Part shown: in pieces, positions 1-11,302 of the stretch | How the letters are laid out: every line of letters begins with the position of its first letter | Position numbering within the stretch: position 1 is the first letter of the stretch | Assembly: GCF_004010195.1 (NCBI RefSeq) | Contig: NC_057719.1 | Span: 34,449,281 to 34,482,641, forward strand | From: Chiloscyllium plagiosum | Lineage: Eukaryota | Direction: 5' to 3' | Length of the DNA: 33,361 nucleotides | Notes under the pieces: model-generated | What the model was told of the DNA's origin: nothing | Database searches by the model: none | Seen by the model: the letters and a program-made list of their open reading frames with translations, nothing else | Translations under genes and position numbers: made by a program

Positions 1-319
1 GACTCATAACAGCACACAAACCAACAGCCACTCTCAGACAACAACTCACCAGGACGAAGGACCCGATACCCAGCAAAACCAACGTAGTGTACAAACTCCC
101 ATGCAAGGACGGCACAAAACACTACATAGGACAAACAGGAAGACAGCTAATGATCAGCTGGAATGGACAACCGGAAGCGGCAGAGACAAACCACTATAAA
201 TGCCGGAGGAAACATCACAGAAGCGCTTCACAGGAGGCTCCCAAGCACTGAGGATGTCACCTAGACAGGGGACGAAACATCTGCAACACAAATTCCCAGT
301 TCGGCGAACAGAACCACAA
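1..319 (+). mobile_element. Penelope-like element 3' fragment (GIY-YIG endonuclease, internal deletion, pseudo-LTR)
   Basis: Frame from nt 3 reads LITAHKPTATLRQQLTRTKDPIPSKTNVVYKLPCKDGTKHYIGQTGRQL, the PLE GIY-YIG motif (VVY...YIG.TGR). It jumps at about 155 to a pLTR with TATAAA (195-200) and a hammerhead core (248-281). Confidence 0.9.
245..284 (+). ncRNA. Minimal type I hammerhead ribozyme motif in PLE pLTR
   Basis: gca-CTGAGGA-t-GTCACC-tagaca-GGGGAC-GAAA-c-ATC-tgc: intact CUGANGA and GAAA boxes, stem II with one mismatch, stem I gca/tgc, NUH triplet ATC. Confidence 0.75.
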
Positions 320-510
320 GAAACTCTCCTTCCACAAGTGCTTCTTTCTGAGCCACAGTGCAATATTGTCACTGATATTTTCAATGTCCAAGGACTCAGT
401 TATATTCTGATAACTGACTATTTCATAAAATTCCCCTTATTACAACAAATCAAGGATGCCACATATGCAATAGTTGTTGATACATTGGCTTCCACATTCT
501 TGTTAGGCCT
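320..510 (+). mobile_element. Gypsy/Ty3 LTR-retrotransposon integrase fragment
   Basis: ETLLPQVLLSEPQCNIVTDIFNVQGLSYILITDYFIKFPLLQQIKDATYAIVVDTLASTF matches the start of the rve core pattern (EPL.P...P..PW..VATDLF...G..YLL.VDY.SKFP). Confidence 0.75.
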
Positions 511-633
511 TATAGCGAGAAACTTTCCATGAAACACAACGAAACTTGGACTGGGCCAAAATATCATAAGATTCAGCCGAATATATCTAAATGTATGTTT
601 GTACATTTTATCAGTAAAGCGTTCTCATTCTTT

Positions 634-972
634 AAAAGGAAAACGGGATGTTGTATGATGGCATGAATATTAGACCACACTGGCACGATGCTTTTAAGAC
701 AGTTATGCCACCTGATGTTCCAGTGTAAATATGCCTGCGTTTTCTTCAGACATGTTCTTTCTGTAGTTCAGTCAGTGTAGTCAGTCAGTTGTTTACATAA
801 TGAACAGCAATGTCAGTAAACACTGAACCCAAACGATATGTGTAAGTTTGTGACGTTGTTGCCTTGTAATTAGTCAATGTTGTAAATAAACTTAAAAACA
901 TCTGACTTACAAGACTCTGACTCGTTGTAGTATACATTATGTGGGCTAAGGTTTAGAAAAAAAACCACATCA
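634..972 (+). mobile_element. Polypurine tract plus 3' LTR of the Gypsy element
   Basis: Purine tract aaaaggaaaacggga (634-648) directly before TGTTGT (649). AATAAA at 885-890. Ends ...ACATCA (972), an imperfect terminal inverted repeat. Lies downstream of the integrase fragment. Confidence 0.6.
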
Positions 973-1899
973 GTTCTAGGTAAAAGGAAACCAACAATAA
1001 GTTAATCTATTCATAATAAACTAAAGTCAAAAATAGCAACACAGTATCTATTAACCAACAGATTTCATAGAAAACCATAATGGATGGTTATAACAAGTCA
1101 ATTTTTTTCTTTCTTAACTACTGGAGTTACATTAGATCATATATGACTATTTTGCAGAGGTAACAGTGGAGAAAATGTCAATGTTCACCATAATTAATAC
1201 GGAAACTGTTAACAACATTGGAAGTTGACACAGTTAAATAAGGAAATTCACAAGTCACTGTTAGTGACACTACCTTTCTTCACTGGTGTCATAGGGTCAA
1301 TTACTTTTGTGTAGGTGGTAATGTATCAAACAGAGTTACTTTCTGGATAGTTAATGCATTAGTTGTCCAAGGAGTCAAATCCTTACTTATGTCATTTTAG
1401 CAATTTAAATCTGTGACATAGATTGAATTGTAATACTGAATTTGTAGACTATTTATTCCATCAGTTAAACATATTTTCAAATGATACAACCTAGTCCACC
1501 ATATACTCAATGTTTAACTTAGACATTGCTAATTATGATTCTTAAATGATAAACAATGGCTGGTGCATTACTTGTTTCCTGACTCGTTTTGAAGCTTTGG
1601 CGAGAATGTATTACTTTATTCACTGAACAGCTTGTGTGTATCAGAATTGGAGCTTGGTGAGATAAATGTTAATAAATCTGAAATGTTTAATGTAAAAGAG
1701 CTTAGCAAGCCTAATATTAGTATCATGACTGGTTTGTAAATCCTATAGAGTTCTTTGATGCTTGATTAAAGAGAAGCATTTCAGAATCTGACTGCGGCTT
1801 TGATAAATATTCATCAGAGCACGAGTCGAAGCTGTTGTACTTGTTCTGATGACTTAAATACGATACTTCCTCAGAGAAGGTTAAAAAAAGACCATTTCT

Positions 1900-2560
1900 T
1901 ATTACATTACCCAGGGAAGCATGCGTGTCCCAATTTTTGATTCTTGTCTTCATTAAGCATTTAGTAAATGTAATCAAAAAGAATACTGTTCTCCTTGTTG
2001 ATATCACCACCATCTGTGAAACGCTTAACACCCCATCTGGAGGAAAGCCATCAATCAAATCACTAAAGAAAGATTTGGATAGTAATTGAACAAGCAGCTA
2101 TCTTCACTACTATAAAAAAACAAAGTCAATAACCATCAATAAACATAACTCATGATGTTGTCCACCTGGTTCTTGAAGGTCACAAACTTTCTCCAAACAT
2201 TTAACTCTTAGTCATGATAATCACAACTTGATCTAAATTGGGCCAGAAATGACTGGAAAGATAAATAAAGGAACACAAATCCTCTAGGAAACTTGGCTTT
2301 ATTTGTCACCATTAACGATTTCATCTTCTGCACATCCTACATTTCTCCAAAAAGATCCATTATCACAGGATTGTTTGCCATCTGCTAAGAAATTGTCTTT
2401 TGCTTCCAGACAGAGTATGGATCAAAACTCAAAGCTGGCCGATAAATCTGGTGATAGTTCCAACACTGAGAGGGTCCATCTTCCATAAACTCAGAGATGA
2501 CTGGAGTAGCATCGCGTAGACTAGGATTTACTTACATTGGATCTACATTTTTATGTGGGG
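1900..2560 (+). mobile_element. Highly degraded Penelope-like reverse transcriptase relic
   Basis: Collinear frameshifted motifs: ITQGS / VSQFLILVFIKHLVN / LLVDITTI / ETLNT..PSIK(F)TKE / NKQLSSL / SAHPTFL-KRSIITGLF / VHLP..SEMTGVASRRLGF. These parallel PLE RT motifs MGSP-S..LA..FM..LE, YVDD, HPSIKFT.E, LPFLD, S.HP...KRS.I..LF and LPY...SEMT....LG. Confidence 0.5.
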
Positions 2561-2692
2561 AACATGAGCGGTTGTGCTGCACCACCAAAAATATCAGCAC
2601 AGAATAAAGGTGGTGGAAACTATGATTGCTTCACCCACTCCTCCTTAAACTATATCGCACCCAAAACACCTTTCATTAACAGCTAGATAATG

Positions 2693-3924
2693 TAGGATCA
2701 TAGAATTTTACAGCACAGAAACAGACCCTTCAGTCAATCTCATCCATGCCAACCAGATATCCCAACCTGACCTAGTCCCATTTACCTGAATATATGTGTG
2801 CCCACATCCCCTAAAACATTCCCTTTTAGATACCTATCCAGATGCCTTTTAAATGCTATAATAGTATCCATCTCCACCACTTCGTCTGGCAGCTCATTCC
2901 ATATACACACCACCGTCTGTGTGAAAAAGTTACAACTCAGGTTCTTTTTAAATCTTTTCCCTCATGCCCTAACCCTATGCCTTTTAGTTTTGGACTCCCC
3001 TACTCCAGGAAAAAGACCGTGGCTATTTGCCCAATCCAGGTCCCTCAGCCTCTGTTACTCCAGGGAAACAGACCCCAGCCTATGCAGCCGCTCCCTATAA
3101 CGCAAACTCTCCAGTCCCAGCAACATCCTTGTAAATCCTTTCTGCACCCTCGTAAGTTTAACAATATCCTTCATATAGAAGGGTGACCAGAATTGAATGC
3201 AATATTCCAAAAGTGGCCTCATCAACGTCCAATGTCCTGTATAGCCACAACATAATATCCCAACACGTAAACTCAATGTTCTGTTGCCAATAAAGGCAAG
3301 TGTGTCTTCTTCACCTCCCTAACTATCTGCAGCTCCACTTACAAGGACTTATGCACTTGCACCCCAGGTCTCTTTATAGGCAACACTCCCTAGAGCCCTA
3401 CCATTAACTGTAAATGTCCAGCCCTGGTTTGCCTTACCAAAATGCAGCACCTCACATTTATCAAAATTAAACTCCATCTGCTACTCCTCAGCTTATTGGC
3501 CCATCTGATCAAGGTCCCATTGTACTCTGAAGTAGCCTTCTTCATTGTCCACTGCACCTCCAATTTTTGTGGCATCTGCAAACTTACTAACCATGCCTCC
3601 TATTTTCACATCCAAATCAGTTTCATAAATGACAAAATGGAGTGGACCCAGCATTGCTCCTTGTGGCACACCATTGGCCACAGACCTCCAGTCTGAGAAG
3701 CAATCCTCTACCACCACCCTCTGTTTCCAACCTTCAAGCCAATTTTGTATCCAATTCGCTAACTCCCCCCGATCCCACAAGATCTAACCGTGCTAACCAG
3801 TCTATTATGTGGAACCGTGTTAACGCCTTGCTGGAGTCCATATAGATGGCATCTACTTCTCTGCTTTCATCAATCTTCCATGTCACCTCTTCAAAGAAGT
3901 CAATCAGGTTAGTGAGACATGATT
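2693..3924 (-). mobile_element. CR1 LINE (HER1-like), 5'-truncated RT and 3' end
   Basis: Minus-strand peptides KSCLTNLIDFFEEVT, GVPQGAMLGPLHFVIY, SKFADATKIGG and RPLLEYCIQFWSP; multiple frameshifts; internal deletion near 3040; CR1 3' tail near 2693-2800. Confidence 0.95.
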
Positions 3925-5120
3925 TAAAGAAAAAGTAAGTGAGGGCCTTTCCAACCTCTTTATATTGCCACAAGCTTCCTTTATTCATTCACAGATCTGT
4001 ACAGTGCAGAGGAGGCCATTCAGCCAATTATGCCTGTACTGGTTCTATTACCTAGTGCCTATTTCCTGCCTTTTTCCTATATCCCTGAACAACATTTCTA
4101 TCAAAATGAACTTGTAATGACCTCATGAATGCTTCAATTGAACCTGCCTCCATCACATTTCCAGGCAATGCATTTCATATCCTGACTACTCAGTGAGTGA
4201 AATTATTTTTTTCTTTCACCACCTTTGTTTCATTTGCACATCATTTTAAATTTACGGCCTGTCATTCTTTGTTTTTTTGATGCTCAGATCTGGCTTCTCC
4301 TTGTCTACTTTATCAGCCCAGTCATGACTTTAAAAATTTACATCAAATCTCTTCTCAGCGGTTTTCTATGTAAGAAATACAGTACCAAATTCTTCGATCT
4401 ATTCTCCTAACAGAAGTTTCTCATTTCTGAAATTATTCTTGTAAATCACTTCTGCACTCAGTCCAATTCATTAATATTTTTCCAAAAATTGGACAGTCAA
4501 ACTGTACACCATACTGCAGCTGGGGTTTAATAAGTATTTTTATAAGTTTAACATCACCTCCTGCTCTTGTACCCTATGCCATTATTAATAAAGCTGGGAA
4601 CACTGTATGCTTTATTAACTGCTGACCTGTCACCTCCAATTGTTTGCACACATATATTCATAGGTTCTTCTCTCCTGCACCTTCTTTAGAGCTGTACCTC
4701 CTAATTTATATTGTCTTTCAATGTTCTTCCAACTAAAGTTCATCACTTCACACTTCTCTGCATTGAATCTCATCTGTCAGCTACCTGCCCATTCTACCAG
4801 TTGCCAGTATCCTTTTGGAGTTCCTCACGGTTTACAATTCTTCTAAGTTTCGAGTCTTTTGCAAGTTTTGAAACTGCCCCCTGCACACCAAGATCCAGAT
4901 TATTAACATGTATCACGAAAGGCAACAGTCCTAATACTGACCCCTCGGAAACTCTACTACGAACTTTTCACCAGTCCAAAAAATATCAATTGACCATTCC
5001 TGTCTGTTTCCTATCATGCAACCAATTGTATGTCTATCTCGATGCTGTCCCATTTATACTATGATCTCACAAGATGTTTGGTGTGGTTTTGTATCAAATT
5101 CCTTCTGGAAATTCGTGTAC

Positions 5121-5379
5121 ATCACATCAACAGCATCACATCAACAGCATTACCCTCATCAAACCTTCCTGCTACCTCTTCAAAAACTCCAACAAGTCAG
5201 TTAGAGACAATTTCCCCTTTAGAAATCTGTGTTAACCTAATCAATCCATCATCACATCAACAGCATCACATCAACAGCATTACCGTCATCAAACCTTTCT
5301 GCTACCTCTTCAAAAACTCCAACATTCAGTTAGAGACAATTTCCCCTTTAGAAATCTGTGTTAACCTAATCAATCCATC
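5121..5379. repeat. Tandem duplication (130 + 129 bp), each unit carrying an internal 14-bp duplication
   Basis: 5121-5250 and 5251-5379 differ at about 4 positions; each begins with (catcacatcaacag)x2. Confidence 0.97.
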
Positions 5380-6498
5380 TCTTTCCATGTGATTATGAAT
5401 TCTAGACTGAATAATTGTTTCTAGAAGTTACCCTATCACCAAAGTTAAACTAACTGGCCTGTCACTGAAGGGATTATTCTTACAAATGCTCTTGAATAAG
5501 GCCATAATACTTGCAATCCTCTAATCTTCTGGCACCTCCCTTGACTCCAGGAAAGACCAAAAGATTATGACTAGTACAATCTCTAGCCTCACTCCCATCA
5601 GAATTGTTGGATACATCTCATTCAATCCTGGTGCCTTTGCAAAGTTTCAACAATCTATCCAAAACATGATCCTTATTAATTTTGATGCTAAAGTTTGTTC
5701 CCCTGTTACCCCAGGCCTGTGCATCTTCCTCGTTGTAAAGATACATGCAAAATTATTTAACACCTCAGTTATGCTACATGCCTCTGTTAGTAAATCCCAT
5801 TTTTGGTCTCTGATTAGCCCTGCTCCTTCTTTAACCATTCTCTTACTATTTATATGGTTAAAGAAGACTTTACGTCCTTTTCTTTGTGTTAGCTGCTAGT
5901 CTCTCTCATAGTTCCTCTTGACTTCTCAGCTTTTTCACCTCCTCACTATACCTTTCGGCATTCCTGTTAATTCTCAATTATATTTTCTGCCTTCCTGTCT
6001 TGTGTCTTGAGAGCACTTTGTCTTTCTAATCCAAATTTCTACTTCCTTTGTCATCCAAAGTGGCCCATTGCTCAGTTACTGTTTTTCCGACAAACCACTT
6101 GTTCTAATCAGTCCTGCTCAGCTCTGTTCTTGTCCTCCTCCGCCATATTGATCTTTTTCTTACTCTGGACTATCACACATCATTTTTCAACACCATCCTG
6201 AGCCTTATGGTACAATGATCGTCATCTCCTAAATGACACCCTACTGACATTTGATCCACTTCGACCATCTAATTTCCAAGGTACGGGTCCAGCTGTGCAT
6301 GCTTCCTTGTTCGACTGGACACATGCTGCTGTAGAAAACACATTCTAGGAATACTTGCTTCTCACTGCGCCTTACACTACCAGTTTTCCAGACTATTTTT
6401 AGGTAACTGAAGATCTCAATTATAATTGATCTTTTATACTGGCATGTCTCTATGCAGATTGGTACCTCTATTTCCTTTGCACTAGTTGGTGGCCTATA

Positions 6499-6845
6499 GA
6501 ACACCTCACCATCCACCTGGGCAGCCTACAGCCTGGAGGACTCACATTGAGTTCTCTAATTTCAAATAACCTCCCTTCCCATTCCTTAATTCTCTTCCCA
6601 GCCCCTCCCCATCCGTTCCACTCCTCCCAGCCACCAACTGGATTCATTCCTCCCATTGATCAACCAGGACGTACCCTCTATCTGTCTTCACCTATTCCCA
6701 CTTCACCATTCTGCCCCTGCCACTCTCTTCATCTGCAGCTCCTCCAACACCCACCCTCAGTCCTGAAGAAAGGTTACACCCGAAATGTCAACTTCATCTC
6801 TTGATGCGGCCTGGCTTGTTGTGTTCTTCCATTCTCCTGCTTGTC
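6499..6845 (+). mobile_element. Penelope-like (Neptune-type) 3' fragment with pLTR and hammerhead motif, inserted in the CR1 APE region
   Basis: EHLTIHLGSLQPGGL-IEFSNFK* resembles the PLE C-terminus (E.HLIFRLG.LQP.GLN.EF). A pyrimidine-rich pLTR follows, then CTGAAGA-a-aggt-tac-accc-GAAA-t-GTC (6763-6789). The host CR1 sequence resumes afterwards. Confidence 0.85.
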
Positions 6846-7633
6846 AATGTATACAATACACCAAACAACGTTTTGTACCCCTTTTACTCCTTAGCTCTAC
6901 CAAATTGACTCTATCCTTGAACCTTCTGAAACATCTCTTTCTCCAATATTGCACTGAACCCTTTAATCAATGCTGCTGTACCTTGCTATTCTCCCTTTTC
7001 AATCTTTCCTGAGCCACCTATATCCAGGAATACCAAGTCTGCCCCTCCTTAAGCCAGGTCTCTGTTATTGCCACCAAATCATAATTCCACATTGCAACCT
7101 GTGTCTGTAATTCTCTGACCTTACGTACTATACTCTGTGCATTCACATACATGAAATCTAACTCTGTTTGGGCTTCCTTTCTCTCCCTCTTTCTCCAGCC
7201 TCACCTGTTAACTTGCTAATCTCGATGTTAGTGCAACCTGTATCTCCAAACTCTGGTTTAGTCATCCACTATTCTCTCTTGGTTCCTACACACCTGCCAA
7301 AGCCCTCTCAATGGTACAAGCAAAATGCCCCAAAGGACTTTAATCCCAGCTCTGTTCAGCTGTAACCCATTCCAGTTTATAGAGATGTCATCTTCACCAG
7401 AATCTTGATTCAATACTCCACATTCACAGTTTGCCATTAATCTGCAGTGGTCATTCTTAAATTGCCTTTGGATTCTCCTGGAAGCTGAAATTGTCTGTTA
7501 AATTTACTTTTCTAAAAAATTGCATTTGTTCTTAAAGTGAAGAAAATAGGAACGTTTTTAGAACACATTCAGAAGTGTTTGTAATCTCCAATATGTTTTT
7601 CTGCTAAGAACATCATTGACATGTATCTCAACG

Positions 7634-8604
7634 ATCAGTGTTGGGTTCACTGTTTTTTTGTCATTTATGTAAATGATTTGAATGTGAATGTAGGAGAAAT
7701 GGTTAGTAAGTTTGCAGATGACACCAAAATAGGTGCGTAGTGGACAGTGAAGAAGGTTATCTCAAAGAACAGCAAGACCTTGATCTGCTGGGTCAATGGG
7801 CCGAGGAGTGGCAGATGGAGTTTCCTTTAGATAAATGTGAGGTCCTCCATTTTGAAAAAGCAAACCAGGGCGAGATTTATACACTTAATGATAAGGTCTT
7901 GGGAAGTATTTCTAAACAAAGCGACTTTGGAGTGCAGATTTTTATTTCCTTGAATACAGAGCCACAGGTAGACAGGGTAGTGAAGAAGATGTTTGGTACA
8001 CTTGTCTTTATTGGTCACTGCATTGAGTATAGGAGTTGTGATCTCAGAACTTTGGTGAGGCCACTTTTGGGATGCTGCATTCAATTCTGGTCTCCCTACT
8101 ATGGGAAAGGTGTTGTGAAACTTGAAAGGGTTCAGAAAAGATTTTCAAAGGTGTTGCCAAGGTTGGAGGTTCGACTATAGGGAGAGGCTGAATAGGCTGG
8201 GGCTTTTTTCCCTGAAACGTCGAAGGCTGAAGGGTGATCTTATAGAGGTTTATAAAATCATGATGCACACATATAGTGTGAATTACCAAAGTCTTTTTCC
8301 CAGGTAGGGGAGTCCAAAATTAGAGGGCATAGGGTTAAGGTGAGATGGGAAAGATTTAAAAGGGACCAAAGGGGCAACATTTTCATGTTATGACTGGAAT
8401 GTATGGAATGAGCTGCCCAGAAGAAGTGGTGGAGGCCAGAACAATTACAATGTTTAAAAGGCATCTGGATGGGTACATGAACAGGCAGGGTTGAGAGGGA
8501 TGTGGGCCACGTGCTGGCAAATGGGACTAGATTAGGTTAGGATATCTGGTCGGGACGGACATGTTTCCAAGCTCTACAACTCTATGACTCTATGATTCTA
8601 TGAC
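7634..8604 (+). mobile_element. CR1 LINE 3' fragment
   Basis: SKFADDTKIG, WAEEWQMEF..DKCEVLHF, RPLLGCCIQFWSP; ends in the CR1 8-mer tail tctatgac tctatgat tctatgac. Confidence 0.95.
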
Positions 8605-8629
8605 AATCAGACCCACAGACTAAAGTAGT

Positions 8630-9136
8630 AAGTACACAAAATGTATCTGGATCAGTGATTTCAACATCCATAACCAAGAGTGGCTCGGCAACACCACAAC
8701 TGACCAAGCTGGTCGAGTCCTAAAGGAAATTGCTTCTAGATAAGGTCTGTGGTGAGTGATGAGGGAATGAACAAAAGGAAAAACCTGACTTAACCTCATC
8801 CTCACAAATCTGCCTGTCTCAGGTGCATCTGTAGGAGTAGTCACCACACAGTCCTTGTGGAGTCAAAGTCACATCTTCACTTTGAGAATACCCTTTATCA
8901 CGTTGAGTAATACTAGCACCACATCTATTTGTAAGATAGACTTTGAATAAAACCAGCAACTCAAGACTAAACATTCATGAGGCACTATGGGCCATTAGCA
9001 GCAGTGGGACTGTACTCCAATACAATCTGCAGTCTCATGGCTCTGTCATTATCCTCCATTGTACCACTACCTTCAAAGCAGGGAATCAACCCCGCTTCAA
9101 AGAAGAGTGCAGAAGGCAATGTCAGGAACACCAGAG
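8630..9136 (+). mobile_element. Second CR1/L2-group LINE family ('family B'), APE endonuclease fragment
   Basis: From 8651: ISDFNIHNQEWLGNTTTDQAGRVLKEIASR* (GDFN motif), followed by L(N)LILTNLP-like and (S)HH-like motifs. Similar to 19150-19409. Confidence 0.8.
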
Positions 9137-9620
9137 TGTAATGGTGCTGTACCTTTCAGAGAGATTTGTTCTGTGCTGTTCCTCTTGCAGAGAGTTTATG
9201 CCACAATGGTGCCAAATGTCTGATTCAGAAGCAGTAAGTAAACAGCTTTGAGCTCCCTGAGTGTTGCTTTTGTTTTAAAATTAGACAAAAGAAGCTTTGT
9301 TAGGTGGAATCAGGCTCACACAGATTCAGGGCCTTTAGAAACCAAAACAGAAATTGCTGGAAAAAGTCAGTTGCAACTTCTTTCAGCAAGTTCTGCTTTT
9401 GTTTCTGACTTCCTGTATCTGTAGTTCTTTTGTTTTTTTTTATCCAGGGTTTTTAGTTTTGCTTTCAGTTAGTGAGAAGGTATCTCTGTGATGGAGCAAA
9501 AACTTGAGTTCTCGTTCTGTTGCTAGACTGTTTATTTTAGTGTTCTTTGGAATTCTCTTCTTTAAAAGGCTGTGGATGCAGACTCTTTAAGTAGTTTTAA
9601 GTAAGTGATAGTTATATTCT
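9137..9620. mobile_element. Probable LTR fragment interrupting the family-B LINE
   Basis: LINE homology stops abruptly at TGTAATGGTGCTGTACCTTT (TG start), followed by non-coding T-rich sequence. The right end is not defined. Confidence 0.4.
9339..9441. mobile_element. Short palindromic PLE-pLTR-derived insertion
   Basis: Arms aaaccaaaacagaaattgctggaaaaag / ttctttcagcaagttctgcttttgtttct. Imperfect 15-bp flanking direct repeat attcagggcctttag (9324-9338) / atccagggtttttag (9442-9456). Similar to the 15605 element. Confidence 0.6.
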
Positions 9621-9624
9621 TAAT

Positions 9625-9750
9625 AAACAAGATGATGACAGGTTATCAGCGGGAGGTGGGCACGTAGAGTAATCAAGTCAAAATTTTTGAATGCTGGAGC
9701 AGGTTCAAAGGCCTGTGGCCTACTTCCCCTAATTCATATGTTCTTATGTT
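9625..9750 (+). mobile_element. CR1 3'-UTR fragment
   Basis: gaatgctggagcaggttcaaaggcctgtggcctacttcccct followed by a (tatgttct)-type terminal repeat. Confidence 0.6.
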
Positions 9751-9769
9751 GGCATGAATATTCATAACA

Positions 9770-10385
9770 CAGCTTGCTTAATTCGCATCCTATCCACACC
9801 TTAAAAATTCACTCGCTCTCCCACAGAGAACAATATCCATGTGCACGGCAACAGTTCATGAAAGCGACTTCAATAGCACCTTCCAAAGCCACAATCTCCA
9901 AGGTCTAGTTTTTAAAAAAGCTGCATATACACAGAAACAATATCACCTGCACGTTGCCACCCAAGCCACACACCATTCTGACCTGGGACAATGTCAATCG
10001 TTGGAGAAAGTGAGAACTGCAGATGCTGGAGATTAGAGCTGAAGAAAGTGGGGTTGGAAAAGTGCAGCAGGTCAGGCAGCATCCAAGGAGCAGGAGAATC
10101 AACGTTTCGGGCATAAGTCTTTCATTAGGATTTTCAGCTTATGCCCGAAACGTCGACTCTCTTGCTCCTCAGATACTGCCTGACCAGCTGTGCTTTTCCA
10201 GCACCACACTCTTCAGCACCGTAATCGTTCCTTCATTGTCACTCGTTCCAAAATCCTGGAACTCCCTTCATACCTGCACTTTTTGTGTCCTTGCATCGCA
10301 GGAGCTGCTCTGTTTCAGGAAGGCAGCTTACGACTTCCTTGTTAAAGGTAATTAGGAGTGGGCAATAAATGATGGCCTAAGCACT
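9770..10385 (+). mobile_element. Family-B LINE 3' end, interrupted at 10003-10222
   Basis: ccaagccacacaccattctgac...gttccttcattgtc...aaaatcctggaactccctt...aaggtaattaggagtgggcaataaatgatggcc; the same tail occurs at about 12300, 13480 and 24090. Confidence 0.75.
10003..10222. mobile_element. Palindromic PLE-pLTR mini-element with 7-bp TSD
   Basis: 76-bp inverted arms 10042-10117 and 10138-10213 (about 83% identical). TSD aatcgtt at 9996-10002 and 10223-10229. Both arms carry the hammerhead 3' half (ttatgcccGAAAcgt). Confidence 0.85.
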
Positions 10386-10729
10386 CATATTCTGTAAAAG
10401 GTTCTATTTTTAAAAAACCTGGAAACTTGCCATTCCAATGATGGCACCTTTGCTGTCTTCTGCCAACATTCAGCAATGCTTTCTGTCCATTAACCTCCTC
10501 AATACAACACATTGGTTCTCTTGATGGTTGGTTGTAAGATCCAAGACTTAGCTCCAAATTTCCTTGCTGTTTTCTCTAACCAGGCAAGGTTCAGAAACCT
10601 CTTGGTTTGTGTGCACAATTAGTAAAATCAGAAATGTCCAATAAAATTCTAATTAATTAACATTTCAAACACTATGTCGATGTGCAAAACCCACTGTCTA
10701 TGGTGTTGCGAGTAAAATCTGAAAGCAAC

Positions 10730-11302
10730 ATAAAGACAGCAGAACAAGTGGAAAGAACAGTAGGTAAAGCATACAGCATCCTCAGCTTTATTAATAGGAG
10801 CATAGAGTAAGAAGGTGATGTTGAACTTGTATAAGACACTTGTTCAGTCTCAGCTGGAGTATTGAATACCGATTTGAACTCTACATTATACAAACGATGT
10901 GATTGCAAGGGGGAGAGTGCAGAATTGATTTAAAAGGGTGAGTTCAAGGATGACAAACTTCAGTTACCAGGAAGTTGGGACTGTTCTCCTTGAAGAAAAG
11001 AAGGCTAAGAGGAGATGGATTTAAACCAATCTAGAAAGAAGCAAGTGGGATATGAGTAAAAAGCTTTATCACTCAGGAAGTAGTTATGATATGGAATGCA
11101 CTGCCTGGAAGTGTGGTGGAGGCAGCTTCAGTTGAAGTACTCAAGAGGGTGTTGAATGATTAAGTGAATAAAAATAATGTACAATCGGGAAAAAGCTGGA
11201 GATTAATATTCAATAATGGTGTTCATTTGAAGCGCCAATACAATATGAGGAGCCAAATGGCCTCCTTCTGCATTGTTAGGCTTCCATGGTTCCATGATTT
11301 CT
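10730..11302 (+). mobile_element. Degraded CR1 3' fragment
   Basis: KAYSILSFINRSIE and LYKTLVQSQLEY-like motifs; tail ...atggcctccttctgcattg...ttccatggttccatga. Confidence 0.8.

Larger units (their letters stand above)
3985..7420 (-). mobile_element. Older CR1 LINE with near-complete degraded ORF2 (APE + RT) and the ORF1 C-terminus; interrupted by a PLE fragment
   Basis: Minus strand near 7150 reads FMYVNAQSIVRKVRELQ..YDLVAITETWLKE (APE start); VFYRPPTSAKEIE near 6500; EVLNNFACIFT near 5750; 3' tail near 3985-4060. Sequence at 7340-7410 resembles the SGNH-esterase end of ORF1. Confidence 0.88.

Noticed and set aside
1723..2058. 111-aa minus-strand ORF as a host exon
   Set aside because: No recognisable domain and a non-ATG start; it is antisense to the putative Penelope RT relic.
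5121..5379. Repeat-spacer pattern as a CRISPR-like array
   Set aside because: A simple two-unit tandem duplication with no unique spacers, in a eukaryotic LINE context.
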